From Flectonema sp. DT1601 (lineage: Eukaryota): DNA of 64,000 nt. The stretch covers positions 992,001 to 1,056,000 of the forward strand of contig OZ025789.1 of the NCBI GenBank assembly GCA_964019425.1, written 5' to 3'. Positions 11,174 through 23,336 of the stretch are shown piece after piece. The translations under genes and the position numbers were made by a program. The notes under the pieces are model-generated. The model was not told the DNA's origin. It saw only the letters and a program-made list of their open reading frames with translations, and did no database searches. Position 1 is the stretch's first letter. Each line of letters begins with the position of its first letter.

Positions 11174-12571
11174 TTCATATTTTTTTTTCTGATGTTAAAA
11201 ACATAATTGAATTATTTTCATTCTTTTTTTATTAGAAAATCGGTTGAGTGAAATTCTTATCAATGAATCGTAATAGCAGCGAAAAAAAAAAAAAAAATTT
11301 GACATCGATAATTTTTTTTATAAAAAAGGTGATAAGTCAAATAAAATACCACATGAGTTCTTCTTGTTACTCAATTCACGAGAATAACTTCCTCACGAAA
11401 ATTATTTCTTTTTTTTTCACAGTATGTCAATCTCAAAATAAAGGCTAAAATAGCACACAAGCCGTGAGTTGTTAGGCTCAGCTTTTTTTTTTTTTCATAG
11501 ATAAAAAGCTGAGAGAGAGAGAGAGAGATTCTCAAAAAAAAAGAAAACATAGAGTTTTCACAGAAAACGTTAGCTGTTTTTTTTTTTTTTCTTATTGTAT
11601 CACCATAACACAATCGTTTATTTTCATCTGTTAAGGAAACACGACGTCGCTTGAATTAAAGCATTATTCTTGAGAGTTGCAAAAAAAAAAAGAGAAAAAA
11701 ACAGGTGATTAATTTGTTTCTTTTTTACAGTAAAAATTTAGCATTTCACATCCGTGAAATATTCACCGGTGAATACCATTTAAGTGATCCCTTAAACCAA
11801 TAAATAAAGGGAACTGAATCAACCTTTTTTAATGGTATCTGGGCATATCTTAAAAAAAAAAAAACGAGAATAATCAATAGTACAGAACAAGCATAATACT
11901 TTTTTGGAGGAAGAAAGAAGGAGGAGAGAATAGCAGACCAGTTGAATACGAAAAAAACAAAAAAAAAAAATTAAATCAGCAAGACCTGTTATGACTTGCC
12001 GATGGTGGACACAAATTGTTGTATTCAAAAACTTGAGTCCATCTGACCTCCGCGACATTCGGTTGACGAGGAAATCAAATTAGACATCTGATTCTCAGTT
12101 AAACTCACAGAACCTACTCACTGGTACCTTAGACCTGCATCAAATGGAAGTTGGTTGAAGAAAGTGGAAGAAGGAAAATGCCACAGAATTCTTACCCACA
12201 GAATCCAGAATTACTAGTACCTTACAAAGACCCTGCATCAAATTCACATCCGGGTAGTGCCCCCCACCCACAAGAAGTGGGTAGGGGACGAACCGTAGGA
12301 ACTGGCCATAAAGCTCAAACCCTCGGAAGTGTTATGCTCACCAGTCCATTCGACCTGACTCTCAATTTTTTTTTTCCTAATTTTTTATTTTTTCTTTTCT
12401 CCTGATGATTTTATTTCTATTGTTGTAAAAAAATTTACTTTTTTGTTTTTGTTTTTTTCTTTTATCTGTGTGTCTGTTTGTAGGATTCGCATCCTTTTTT
12501 TTTTTTTTTTTTTTTTTTCTCTATCCAATAATAGTATAAAGAAATCTGAATAAACAGGCCTGCCTTTCATT

Positions 12572-12709
12572 CTATAATTTAGTGTTAGTGAGAAGAAGTT
12601 GCTTTCGCAGAGTTGTGTTTTCACTTTCTAACTTGTGAAGCCTTCCCTCAACGCGTTCCATAGGTAGTACAAACAAGAAGAACCGAGTGTGCGCAAGTTG
12701 AAGATACTG

Positions 12710-12746
<37 letters not shown>

Positions 12747-14612
12747 TATTATTGTGTGATCAAAAGCAAAAAAAACAAAAGAAAAAATACCCATTCGGTT
12801 TAGCCTTATGTTTCGTTAAAACGCTGAGTTCAGTGAAACAAAGAGAAAAATAAAAAAACATACGGTCATTGTATCAGCGCGGTTAATCCATTTTTGAACT
12901 TTACAAAATCTCCACTCAGATTCAAGTGCTTTGTATGAGTTAAAAAAGTTCTCCATCTCACTCTTAATATGATGCGGAACGTGTTCTACATCGCTCCATT
13001 CCCTCATACGGGGTTCTTTCTTTGGAACTGCGATAACCTTCAAGTCAGGCCCCTTCTCGTCAGAACACATCAACGCACCGACAATACGAACAACGCACAG
13101 AGACATTTCCTTAAGAGGATGATTTGATAAAACTAAAATGTTTACTGGACGACCATCCTCAGCGACAGTCTGAGGAATGAATCCATAATTTCCTGGCCAA
13201 TGAGTAGCAGAGTATAATGGTCTCTCAAGAGTTAAGTGTCCGAGGTCTTTACGAAATTCATATTTGTTGCAACTTCCCTTTGGACATTCAATTATAGCAG
13301 TGATCTCTGGCTTTGCGTTGTCAACTTCCGATGTTAAGTCAGCTCCCCAAGGAAGACACCACAAGTTCGGCGCATTATAAATCTTCTTATCAGGGAAATC
13401 TTCCACGTAGTGTTCATGATGCTTTCTGAATAAGTCAATTGCTTCTTCAGCTTCCAATCGTTGCGTTATTTCAACATTCTTGTAACCAACAACTTGTGCG
13501 CTGTGTTGAAAAAAACGAATGTAGTGCTCAATAATCGCTGGGTTAATCTTATTCAGGGTGAATAACTGAGTTGTTCTTGGATCATCATAGGTGGCTCCAA
13601 TCATTTTGTAATCATAAGTACGCTTTCCATTTAAGTTATCATATTCACGTTTGAGAGCTCCGATGATTTTTGTATGAACAAGACATTCACCAACCAGAGG
13701 AAAAGCGGTGATGACTTGCATTTCAAGAGGTTTGTTTACTTGACGTTGCCATGTTTGACAAAGCCATCCATTATCACATGGGTATGGGATATCAAGAGAG
13801 TATCTGTAATGTCTAAATGACGTATCATGACGATAAGCATAACTAGCAGTACCACCTCTTCCAACATTGATGTAGGTCAGCACGTTGTTGCTCATTACAT
13901 TCTGAGGAGCGTGGAGCATGTTTGGTGCCCAAAGCTGCTTAAATCTTTGTGGTACTAACGAGTCCTGAAGTTTTTTACTTTCGTACGCCTGTCTAGAAGC
14001 GCTCAAACACTTCAGCGCTGCTTCCTTGTCTCCCCACCCGAGAATCTTTGCCCACTTTGGTTTTCCTCCCTTCTTTTCAAGAACTTTATAGTTTTCAAAG
14101 AAATGTTGAATTTCCTTACGAAGGTGAGGTGGAACAGTGTCGAGGGTTGTTATTTGACTGCAGGAACGGTGTTCAGCGAGGACGGCGATGATCTTTTCAT
14201 CTCGACCCGACTCGTCCTCCATGTCCATAAGTCCAACAATACGACAGTTCGCAACAATTCCTGGCTCAAGACCTTTATACTCTTGAGCTGAGTAAGGACT
14301 GATGATTAATAAGTCTAAAGGATCACCATCTCCACAGAGAGTAGCAGGGATGTAACCATAATCACCTGGGTAGTGAACCGCACTGTGTAGAACTCTGTCT
14401 AACTGAAGCATACCAGTAGCCTTATCAACTTCGTATTTATTTGGTGAACCTCTCGTTACTTCAACAACACATGGTACAACATCTGCTCCGTATTGTTTTT
14501 GTTTTGGTCGATCAATTCTCCAATCTCCAAACTCAGGTTGAGATGACACCACCTGTTCTCTGACAGTCGCAAATGCGACGATTGACTCGTCGACTGTTTC
14601 CTTGAATGGCAT
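12572..14612 (-). CDS. Soluble inorganic pyrophosphatase with three tandem family-I domains (~627 aa, 2 exons)
   Basis: Domain 1 has NKYE..YPGDYGYIPATLCGDGDPLDLL..MEDESGRDEKII..HFFENYK; domains 2 and 3 repeat the fold. GT-AG intron 12707-12863 restores the frame to a coiled-coil tail ending TKL*. Confidence 0.9.
12712..12752. repeat. (TTA)n microsatellite inside the pyrophosphatase intron
   Basis: Directly visible run immediately upstream (minus strand) of the acceptor. Confidence 0.9.
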
Positions 14613-14853
14613 TGTTGTTGTTTTTGCTGTTTTAAAAATTTTTTCATAAAAATTTATATAAAAAAAAACACCACTTCGAAAGTACTTCCCTCAAAGGGAT
14701 CGTCTTCCCCAGTAGGGTGAACGTAACTTTACAATAATAAGTTATTAAACAATAACAAAAATAATACAAGCGTGGTAATGTATATCAAAGACTTACACTC
14801 AGCAAGTCTTTAACGTAATATGTCAGCAGAGTTAGCGTTCTTTAGTAGAACAT

Positions 14854-15795
14854 TCAACACATCACTGAAGGGAATCCTGCCCAATGATGAAATGGAGAAG
14901 GTAGTTTTTTACAAAGTTGACGATACTCTTGCAGTGACTGTGCCGTGTTGCTAATCGTTGGGTTCCTTTTCTTTATAATATCCAATGGGTTTGGAGGTAG
15001 GTGAAACAGTGCAAGAGATCCGACAGATGCTAAGAAAGAAATGTGATCAACGGGACTCGAACTTGTCCCGATTATCACCGTAAAAAGGGAATCTGATTCT
15101 CTTATTTTTTTAAGATCTAAAGACAAAACACCCGCAGAAACATAAATATTAGAATTCCCTAACCGTATCTCCCCAGGTACTAATGGTGTAGCTGATAACC
15201 CAACGGCTATATAATTTTCATGTTTGTGAAGTGGAGCTCCGATTCGTAATTCTGAATAGTTGAGAGCTTCAAGAGAAAAAGTATCGCTCGTATTCTTCAT
15301 TGGTACATTTAGAATCATTTTTGTGTAAGTGCCATCTTTTGAATTTAATAATTCGTTTGAATAAAGAGCAATCGACTTTCTACAATAAACATCTGATTTC
15401 TGAGCAAACGGATGAGTCACCGCAATAAAACTACTCGGCAACGGATCACCTAATTTGACTGGTACGTAATCAGAATGCTTGATGGATTTGATTTTCGTAA
15501 CTGGAAAGCCTTGTTTCTTTGAATTTTCACAAAGCTCTATCGCATCACTCATGATTTTCAATTCAGCAAAGTGTTGTTCATTTGATTTTTTGGATCCTTC
15601 GCCTTTGTAATACTCTGAAAAACTATCTCCATCTTTAGCAACATTGAATAACTCATATCGCGGTGCTGTTCTTTCGAATTGCATTGTCAACTCGTTAAGA
15701 TCGTATCCAAAATCTGCTATGACGGGTTTCAGATGAGGCTGTCGGTCAAATCTATTAGCCAGACGGTATAGCTTCTGTAACAGAATGCGTTTCAT
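14854..15795 (-). CDS. Hypothetical protein, possibly a degenerate YqgE/AlgH (DUF179)-like domain with a basic N-terminus
   Basis: 313-aa ORF. FIAVTHP..YCRKSIAL..MILNVPM..IGAPL..VIIG loosely follows the DUF179 motif order; the family call is weak. Confidence 0.6.
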   Translation of the reverse strand: MKRILLQKLYRLANRFDRQPHLKPVIADFGYDLNELTMQFERTAPRYELFNVAKDGDSFSEYYKGEGSKKSNEQHFAELKIMSDAIELCENSKKQGFPVTKIKSIKHSDYVPVKLGDPLPSSFIAVTHPFAQKSDVYCRKSIALYSNELLNSKDGTYTKMILNVPMKNTSDTFSLEALNYSELRIGAPLHKHENYIAVGLSATPLVPGEIRLGNSNIYVSAGVLSLDLKKIRESDSLFTVIIGTSSSPVDHISFLASVGSLALFHLPPNPLDIIKKRNPTISNTAQSLQEYRQLCKKLPSPFHHWAGFPSVMC

Positions 15796-15890
15796 GGTTG
15801 TTATTTTATTTATTTTTTTTTTTCCACCCTTCTGTTACGTGAATCGCTTTTAAATAATCAAATCAAATAACTGGGGAGGGGAAAAAAAAG

Positions 15891-15927
<37 letters not shown>

Positions 15928-16502
15928 ATAATTTCATATCAAGATGAAGAAGCAGTATAAAAATGTTTTATAACTGTATGAGGAAGACTTAATAAAAGAA
16001 AACAAAAAAAAAAAAAAAAATTGAAAAAATCGGATGTACTAAAGTCGAGCAAAATTCACATCAAAGACTTTTTTTGACGTTTTTTTTTTTTTTTAAAAAT
16101 TCCATCAAAAAAAGCTGACGCATTGCGTGCACCCCATTAAAATAAATAACAAGGGGAATAATCAATTGCCCTAATAAGTTCAATACAAAAAAAATAAGGG
16201 AAGACAAAACTATCTAACTAAAAGCCTCTTCCAGAGATGCAATATTTCCCAGATAGGAATAAAAAGACAACAGAAAGGAACCTAAACTAAGGATTCGCCG
16301 GTGAAGCGGGAAAGTTTACCGAAGAAAAGGAAAACACGAATAGAATAGTCCAAATAAACAAACAAGATAGAAACGAGTATCAAAGTAAATAATAATAAAA
16401 AAGCCATTCAGATTAGCCTTATATTTCGTTGAAACGCAAACAGAAATCCTGCAGCACAAAGAAATAACGGTGAATAGTTTTCTTTCTAGAGGAGGAAAAA
16501 AA

Positions 16503-18562
16503 TCAATTTCCAAGTTTAGAAAATTTTGAAAAATCATTCATAAATCCGACCATTTCCGGAAATAACGCGGGAAACGAACAGTCATCGTTTATCACAGTAT
16601 TTGAGACTGGTGGGATTCCAGTGACAATGCCCTGCTTTGCAAAGACTGCGACGTACCGAACATTACTAAGAACCGACACATCAATCAGTCTCTCGTTAGT
16701 TGGAGACATTGGAATCGATAATTCAAATGATCTCATCGGATAGCTTGCAGTGCTGCCTGGCATTCGAAATTTTGGAGATCCTCCAACTTCAGTAAACCCC
16801 ATCTTAGGAAGTGACTCAATAAACTCACGGTTAGAAATATCAGAACACGGAGGACAATCATAAACAACTATTATAAACGTACAAGATATGGTTTCTGAAT
16901 CACACTTTAGTCGGAATGACGATCCAGAATTCACTGGGGTTGGTGGAATGAAAACACTCATATCAGAATACATTGATTGAATGGAAATTAAATGAAGTCC
17001 TTCAACATTAAGTGAAGCATCTGTATTGTCTACAGCGAATGGATTCAGAACTTCACCATCGTAGTCGACACCAAAAGTTTGTTTGTTGCAGCAACTCGAC
17101 TCTTTACAGGGATATGTAGAACAGATATTTTTCTTATGAAAATAACCTGATGAGCACATACTGGCGCTGCTATCATCACATGTAGCGTAGCTCATAACTG
17201 TGGGATTAGAAATATTTTGAAACAAAGCTCGGAAATCAACACCATATCCTGCGGAAGTTTGGAACGGAAACGGAATGATGTCTGTGGCTGTAAAGTCTCC
17301 AATCGTTCGAAGAGCCAGCGGATGACCATCATTCGAGTATTCCTGAACTAGAGAACCTGTTTGCGGATTATTTAAAAAACAATATAAAAATAATCGGCGA
17401 ACTTCACTTTTTACTTACTCACTCACACTTTTATTTTGTTTTGTGTGCGCAACCGGTAGAAAATCCTAATAAAGGAATAGGTTAGTTACGCTCTCACAAT
17501 TCTCTTTCTACCGAACAATGGGTTTGTTGGTACAAAAAAAAATACAAATACAAATAAAAACACAAATCGATTAATAAAGAACTACACGCACATACCCCAA
17601 AACTTTGGTCCAACCTCCCTCCAGGTTAAAACGTATCCATCAAGGCCTCGCCTTCCAATGCCAACACCCATTGGAGGTATTCTATTGTTATTAAGACCTG
17701 CATTGTCTGGATGTGTCAATTCAAATATTGAGGATGTATTTTTACCCAAATCATCAAATACTTGAGAATAAACACGACCACCATGATGCCATGCTAGTAG
17801 GAATCCGATAGACGTTTGGAGACCCTGAACTCGGGGGAAGTCATCATTTCGATTAGCATTTTTATCTGTTTGAGTCCACTCAGCTGTTAAGGGAGGGAGT
17901 TCTCTCATTGATTGTCCAGAGACAGCGATGTGACCTCCAATATTTCCGGTAAAATGATTTTCATAAACAACTATCCATCCACCATCCCTTAAAGGAGAAA
18001 CTCGTGGTCGATTTCCGAATTGTGAGATTTTTTCTTTATTCAATGATTTGGTTACTCCTGCATAAACAGAAACAAAAACTTCGTATGAAACAACTCGATG
18101 CCAAGTTACGATTACTCTTCCTTCTGTTAGCATTGCCACGTCGTGGTGATAGGCATTGACATCAGCAATTTCACCACCGATTTGAATTCCATTTAAATTA
18201 TACATTTTTATAATTATTTTTGGATCAGTATCGTTATTAACGTAAACTATCACAAAACCATTATCCATTCCACAAACTTTAGGTCTTCGAGTATAGGACT
18301 CAGCGTTCGCATTGTTGTTGGACCAGTCTTCCATGGCATCTGTTATTTTAAGATCGTAACGCCCAGTGATATCTCCATCACAACTATAAACCTCAACAAT
18401 ATGTTTTGTCCTCGTTAGGTAATCTGTTTTGTATTCAATATGACCACAGTTCAGTAGAGCTGCTGATCCCATCGCAATCGAGTTTATTTCAAAACTTTTT
18501 GAAACAAAAGTCGCAGCCAATCCCACGGTGCTGATCACCAACAAAATTGCAATTCGAATCAT
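16503..18562 (-). CDS. Secreted protein, paralogue A (~606 aa, 2 exons)
   Basis: Signal peptide; phase-1 GT-AG intron 17357-17595 joins the two listed ORFs in frame. Repeats like PRVSPLRDGGWIVVY, and a Cys-rich C-terminal domain with YDCPPCS. Confidence 0.85.
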
Positions 18563-18608
18563 TTTATTTTAATATCAACCTGAAGTGTGGATTTTAGTTA
18601 AAATGGAG

Positions 18609-18639
<31 letters not shown>

Positions 18640-19181
18640 TGTTATTATTATTTCACTTTCAAAATTTTGATTTTAAAAAAAAAAATCAGTTCGATCAACT
18701 TAAAAGGTTAGAATTAATCGGTTTGTCACAATAAAAACAAATCAATAAATGGTTCTCGTCTCTACGCATCGAATTCAGAAAAATACCAAACAAAACGGGT
18801 GATGCGGATCTTTTTTTTTTTTTTCATGACATTTAAACAAAAATCATTTTTTTAAAGTCTGCGATGAATTTTAGTTTTTCATCTCGAAGACATGTTTTAC
18901 GAACGAAAGAGAATTGTGGCAGCGTAACGTTAACACCCTTACTTTATAGGCTTGTTTCCGGTTGCGCACAAACAAAAACAAAGTGTGAGAATTATTTAGT
19001 GAGGTGCCGATCCTTTTTTTTTTTTTTTAAATAAATAAAATAAGTAAAATAACCAACCAAACAGGCTGGTTTGTGCAAACAGAAGGTCAGCTCCGGGAAG
19101 CTGGTTTTTTGCTGCTTTTGAGAAGGAATTATAACGTATCCAATGATGAAAAGAACGAAACAAAAAACAAAAAAATATATA

Positions 19182-19961
19182 TCAGTCATTCCTTTTTTTT
19201 GCGAACAAATTTTGGACATTGAAAAAGATTTTCAAAAAAAAATTGTAAAATTTTCGATCGAAGCGGCATTTTAATGCGCTGCATCATTGGGTTCATTTCC
19301 GTCCGAAATCGGGAGGTTGGCATCACATACTTGTCACCCGAATTGAGAAAAGAGATTTTGTGGTTTACTAAATCAGCTCAGCCGTGGACAAGTACCAAAA
19401 CTAAAAATTAATCGAAGGGTCTAATTTTATACTGCTGGTCCAGCGGGATCCAGAGAAAAAATAATCGAGCAAAAATATATTAAAGAGTATTAAGCATGTG
19501 CCGGTGAGGCAGATTGTTACTACCTGTCTTTTTGGACCTACTTTGATACTTAATGATCATTATCACCACCACAGATGCAACATTTTCCTTACATAATTGC
19601 TACTAGGGTTGATTTGTTAGTAAAAAGGTGCATATCTCTTGAGTGCGGGAGAAGGGGGGGGAAAATAGTGGAAAAAAAAAAATTAGGGGTGTTTTTTACT
19701 CAGATTTTCTCGATCTTTCCATTCCAGGTCTGGGATTAATATTTATCATTGAGTAGTACCAAGGAAATTTTGCAAAGAGACGTTTATCTCTTTTTAGCAG
19801 CACTTACCATGTTTAAAAGTATATCCCTATGCCTAATTTTACAGATCGCACCCTCCCCGATTCCAAAAAATAAAAAATCGAGCAAAAGTAACATATCGTG
19901 TAACCTTGCTCAGGCGGTGAGAAAATGGTGTTTTTTGTTCGCAAAAAAAAGGAATGACTGA
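19182..19961. mobile_element. Non-autonomous TIR DNA transposon (MITE), 780 bp
   Basis: Perfect 28-bp TIRs TCAGTCATTCCTTTTTTTTGCGAACAAA (19182-19209, 19934-19961) flanked by TA on both sides; no transposase ORF inside. Confidence 0.82.
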
Positions 19962-20025
19962 TATATTAAAAGACCAAGCAGTACCATAAAAAGAACGACA
20001 ACACAAAAATGATGTGCATAGTCAT

Positions 20026-21953
20026 CTATATACCAAGTTTTGATAAATTTGAAAAATCAGATAAAAAATGAAACATCTCCGGCACTACTGCAGGAAAGGA
20101 ACAATCGGAGCCACCACTCAAATGAGTTGGCTGTGAAATCCCAGTAACGTCACCTTGTTTTCCAAAAATAGCGATGTAGCGACCTTCATTTTCAAGAGAT
20201 ATTTCCGTCCATCTTTCGACAACTGATGGTCCAGGAATTTCCATTTTGAAAGATCTCATAGCGTAGGTTCCAACACTGCCAGGGAGCTGAAAACTTGGAG
20301 GTGAACCCACCTCAATCCAACCCAACTGAGGCAGCATTATCGGAATGCCGCCATCAATATGATCAGAGCATGGAGGACAATTATAAACTGAAATTATGAA
20401 AGTACAAGATATACGATTTGATCCACACTTTAGTATAATTCGGGTTCCTTTTTTCATCGGAAATGTTGGAACAAAAATATCCATTTCCAAGTATGCACTG
20501 TCAATATATTTTAAATAAAATCCGTCAACCGTGACCGACCTCTCCGCAATGTTAGCAGCGACCGTCTGTAATGGTTTTTCATTTATTGATATTCCGTAAT
20601 TGTGAACTTTGCAACAAGACTCAGCAGAACATGGATATACAAAACAAATATTATTCGGTTGGAAAACACCAGTCGGACACGATACGGATGACATGTTACA
20701 GGTTGCGTACATTAATAAGTCAGGATAGTGCGCTTTAGTTTCGAATGCAAAGAAATCAAGACCGTAACCCGCTGATGTTTGTAAACAGACGGGTGTTAAT
20801 GAACTTCTATCCTGTCGAAGTAATCTAATAGAGTGCGATCCGTTTCCAGTGAATTCGATGGCCATCGATGCTGTTTTTTTGTTGTCGTTGTTTTTTTTTT
20901 TTTTTTTTTTTCACACCGAACACTAACACAATGAGAATACTAAGTCATACCTGAAAAAGTAGGTGATTCCTCCCTCCATGCGAGGACGTAGCCATCAAGA
21001 CCATTCTTACCAAGACCACAATCAGTTGGAGATTGCCGAATTGTAAGATTGTTATTAATGTTGTCAGGATGAGATAATTCAATAGTATCACCTTGGGGTG
21101 TTCCAACTCCATCAAATATTCTCGCAAACAACCTTCCATTATTATGCCATGAAACAATAAATCCAACAGATGACGACAAAGAATGAATCCTAGGGAACCC
21201 ATCGTTGTGGATAGCTGCCTTTTCAGAAGGAGTCCATGCTGGAGTCGCATTCAGTTCTCTCACAGGAGAGTTGATTAGTTGAATTATGAGTCCAATATTC
21301 CCATCTAATTTTGTTTCAACAGCCACAACCCAACCACCGTCTTTAAGACCAGCTATTTTCGGACGATTTCCAAAAGTTCTGATCTGCCGCTTATCAATTG
21401 ATTTACTACCATCTGAATTGAAGACAGATATAAAAGGTACATATGTAACAACCCGATGCCATGTGATGGCGAATCTTCCATCTGTAAGCATGCCAATATC
21501 GGGATGAAACCCGCCTACAAACTCAACAGTTGAACTGAGCTGAACGCCATTTAAGTTATACGTCCTGAGAACGATATCAGTAGTACTGCTGTTGTCCATG
21601 TACACAATTGCAAATCCGTTGTATCTTCCGACTATTTTCGGTCGAAATACAAAATTCTGTGCTCTCGAATTAAGTTCATTCCAATGTATATTTACATTTT
21701 CAAGAGTAATGTTAAATGTATCAGTCAGAACACCATCACAGCCGTAGACTTGAATGATGTGAACGCTGCGGGTTGCGATGTCAGTTTTATATTCGATATG
21801 TCCACAATCAGGTAAAGCAGACGATCCAATAGCCGTAAGGAGATCACCTGCTATTGGTAAATCTCTCGGTACGAAACTACTCGAGTAACTTATCATTCCC
21901 AACATTAAAAAAACAACAACGCGAAGCATACTTTTGTTGGATACAAACTCCAT
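20026..21953 (-). CDS. Secreted protein, paralogue B (~615 aa, 2 exons)
   Basis: Collinear similarity to paralogue A (CGHIEYKTD, TWHRVV, FGNRP, QTSAGYG, CPPCSD, DFSxxSKLG); phase-1 intron 20871-20950 at the homologous position. The start could be 21929. Confidence 0.85.
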
Positions 21954-23336
21954 CTTGGGTTGCTCTGTATTTGAGAATTATTATTATTTATTATTATTTT
22001 ATCTTTTGTCAATTCAAATATGTTGCATATGGAGAGAAGCCAAAGACTCCTCTAAGCGTAGCGCAAAATAAAACACACAAAGACAAGATCAAACATTAAC
22101 CGTCCGTTTCTTCATATTCTTCAGTTAAAATTGACAACATGATCTCAACTCACCCAACAGTATTAGAATGAAGGCAAGTCACGTCGATTTCAAGGTAAAG
22201 AAACTATCGTACTGGACCACGAAAACAATAAGTCATAAGCCATGGATAAGACAAGGCAAGACTCACGTATTTCTGATTTCAGTTTCTTTTTTTTTTTTTT
22301 TTTTCTTGAGGTGGATTTGGCTCACAAGAATTTCACGAGCCTGCAACCTGAAATAATATTTTTTAGTTATTATTTTTACTACAACGAAAGATAAAAACAA
22401 GAAAAAAAAAAAATAGGACTGGAAATACATAACAGGAGGGAGGGGATCAGAGAAACAAACAAATATATTCCTACGTGCGAGTGGGGTTAGAATCTATTTT
22501 TACTTTTTTTTTTTTTATAATAAAAACACATGAGGAAGAAGAAAAAAGACCCCCAACTCACGCGAGACATTGCCACTCATATTGGAAAAGAGAAAAATGG
22601 GAATTGCACGTAGCAGTTAACAAGTGTTATCTTTTGCAGTAAATCAAAACAGAAAAACGGAGAGGGGGGTCAAGGATAACTAGCTACGAAGCAAAAACAG
22701 GTGAGGGGAAAGGTGAAAAAAAGGAAAGGGGGGAAAAAAAAAAAAAAACAGCAGCAAGAACCGAACTAAACTACAATACAACTAACTACCGAGAACTAAT
22801 ATGAAAAAAAGAAAAATAACAGTAATAATACTTTTCTGCAAATAAGTTAGCCAAAAAAAAAAAAAAAAAAAGAGCATCCCCTCCAAAGTGAAAAACACTC
22901 TTACAACAATCTGACGGCAATAAATGTTAACCACAGTAATATATAATTAAATAAAAAGTTTCACATTGTGAGAACTTAATAAGAGTAAAGAAAGGGAAAA
23001 AAAAAAAAAAAAGCGATAAAGTCGCTCGTACAATCACCACCACCGGAGCTGAAAGGTGAATAGCTGAGTCGGCGAATCAACAAGTAAAATAACCCCTTCG
23101 GGAGATAAACGATTAGGTTCTCCGGGGGGTTGTTCTACCAACTGCCATAGTTATATCCAAAAGGCATACTTGATAGATAATAAGAAACTACAACTCACTA
23201 ATACTTCTCTTTCTTTTGGGTACTACAAAAAGCAAAGGTGCTAACGTCGCTCGCGAAGTTTCACTACGCGAAGTTTTCTTCAATGAAAGATTTTTATTTT
23301 TTTTTTTGTCTAATTTTAATTACTAAGACTGCTACA

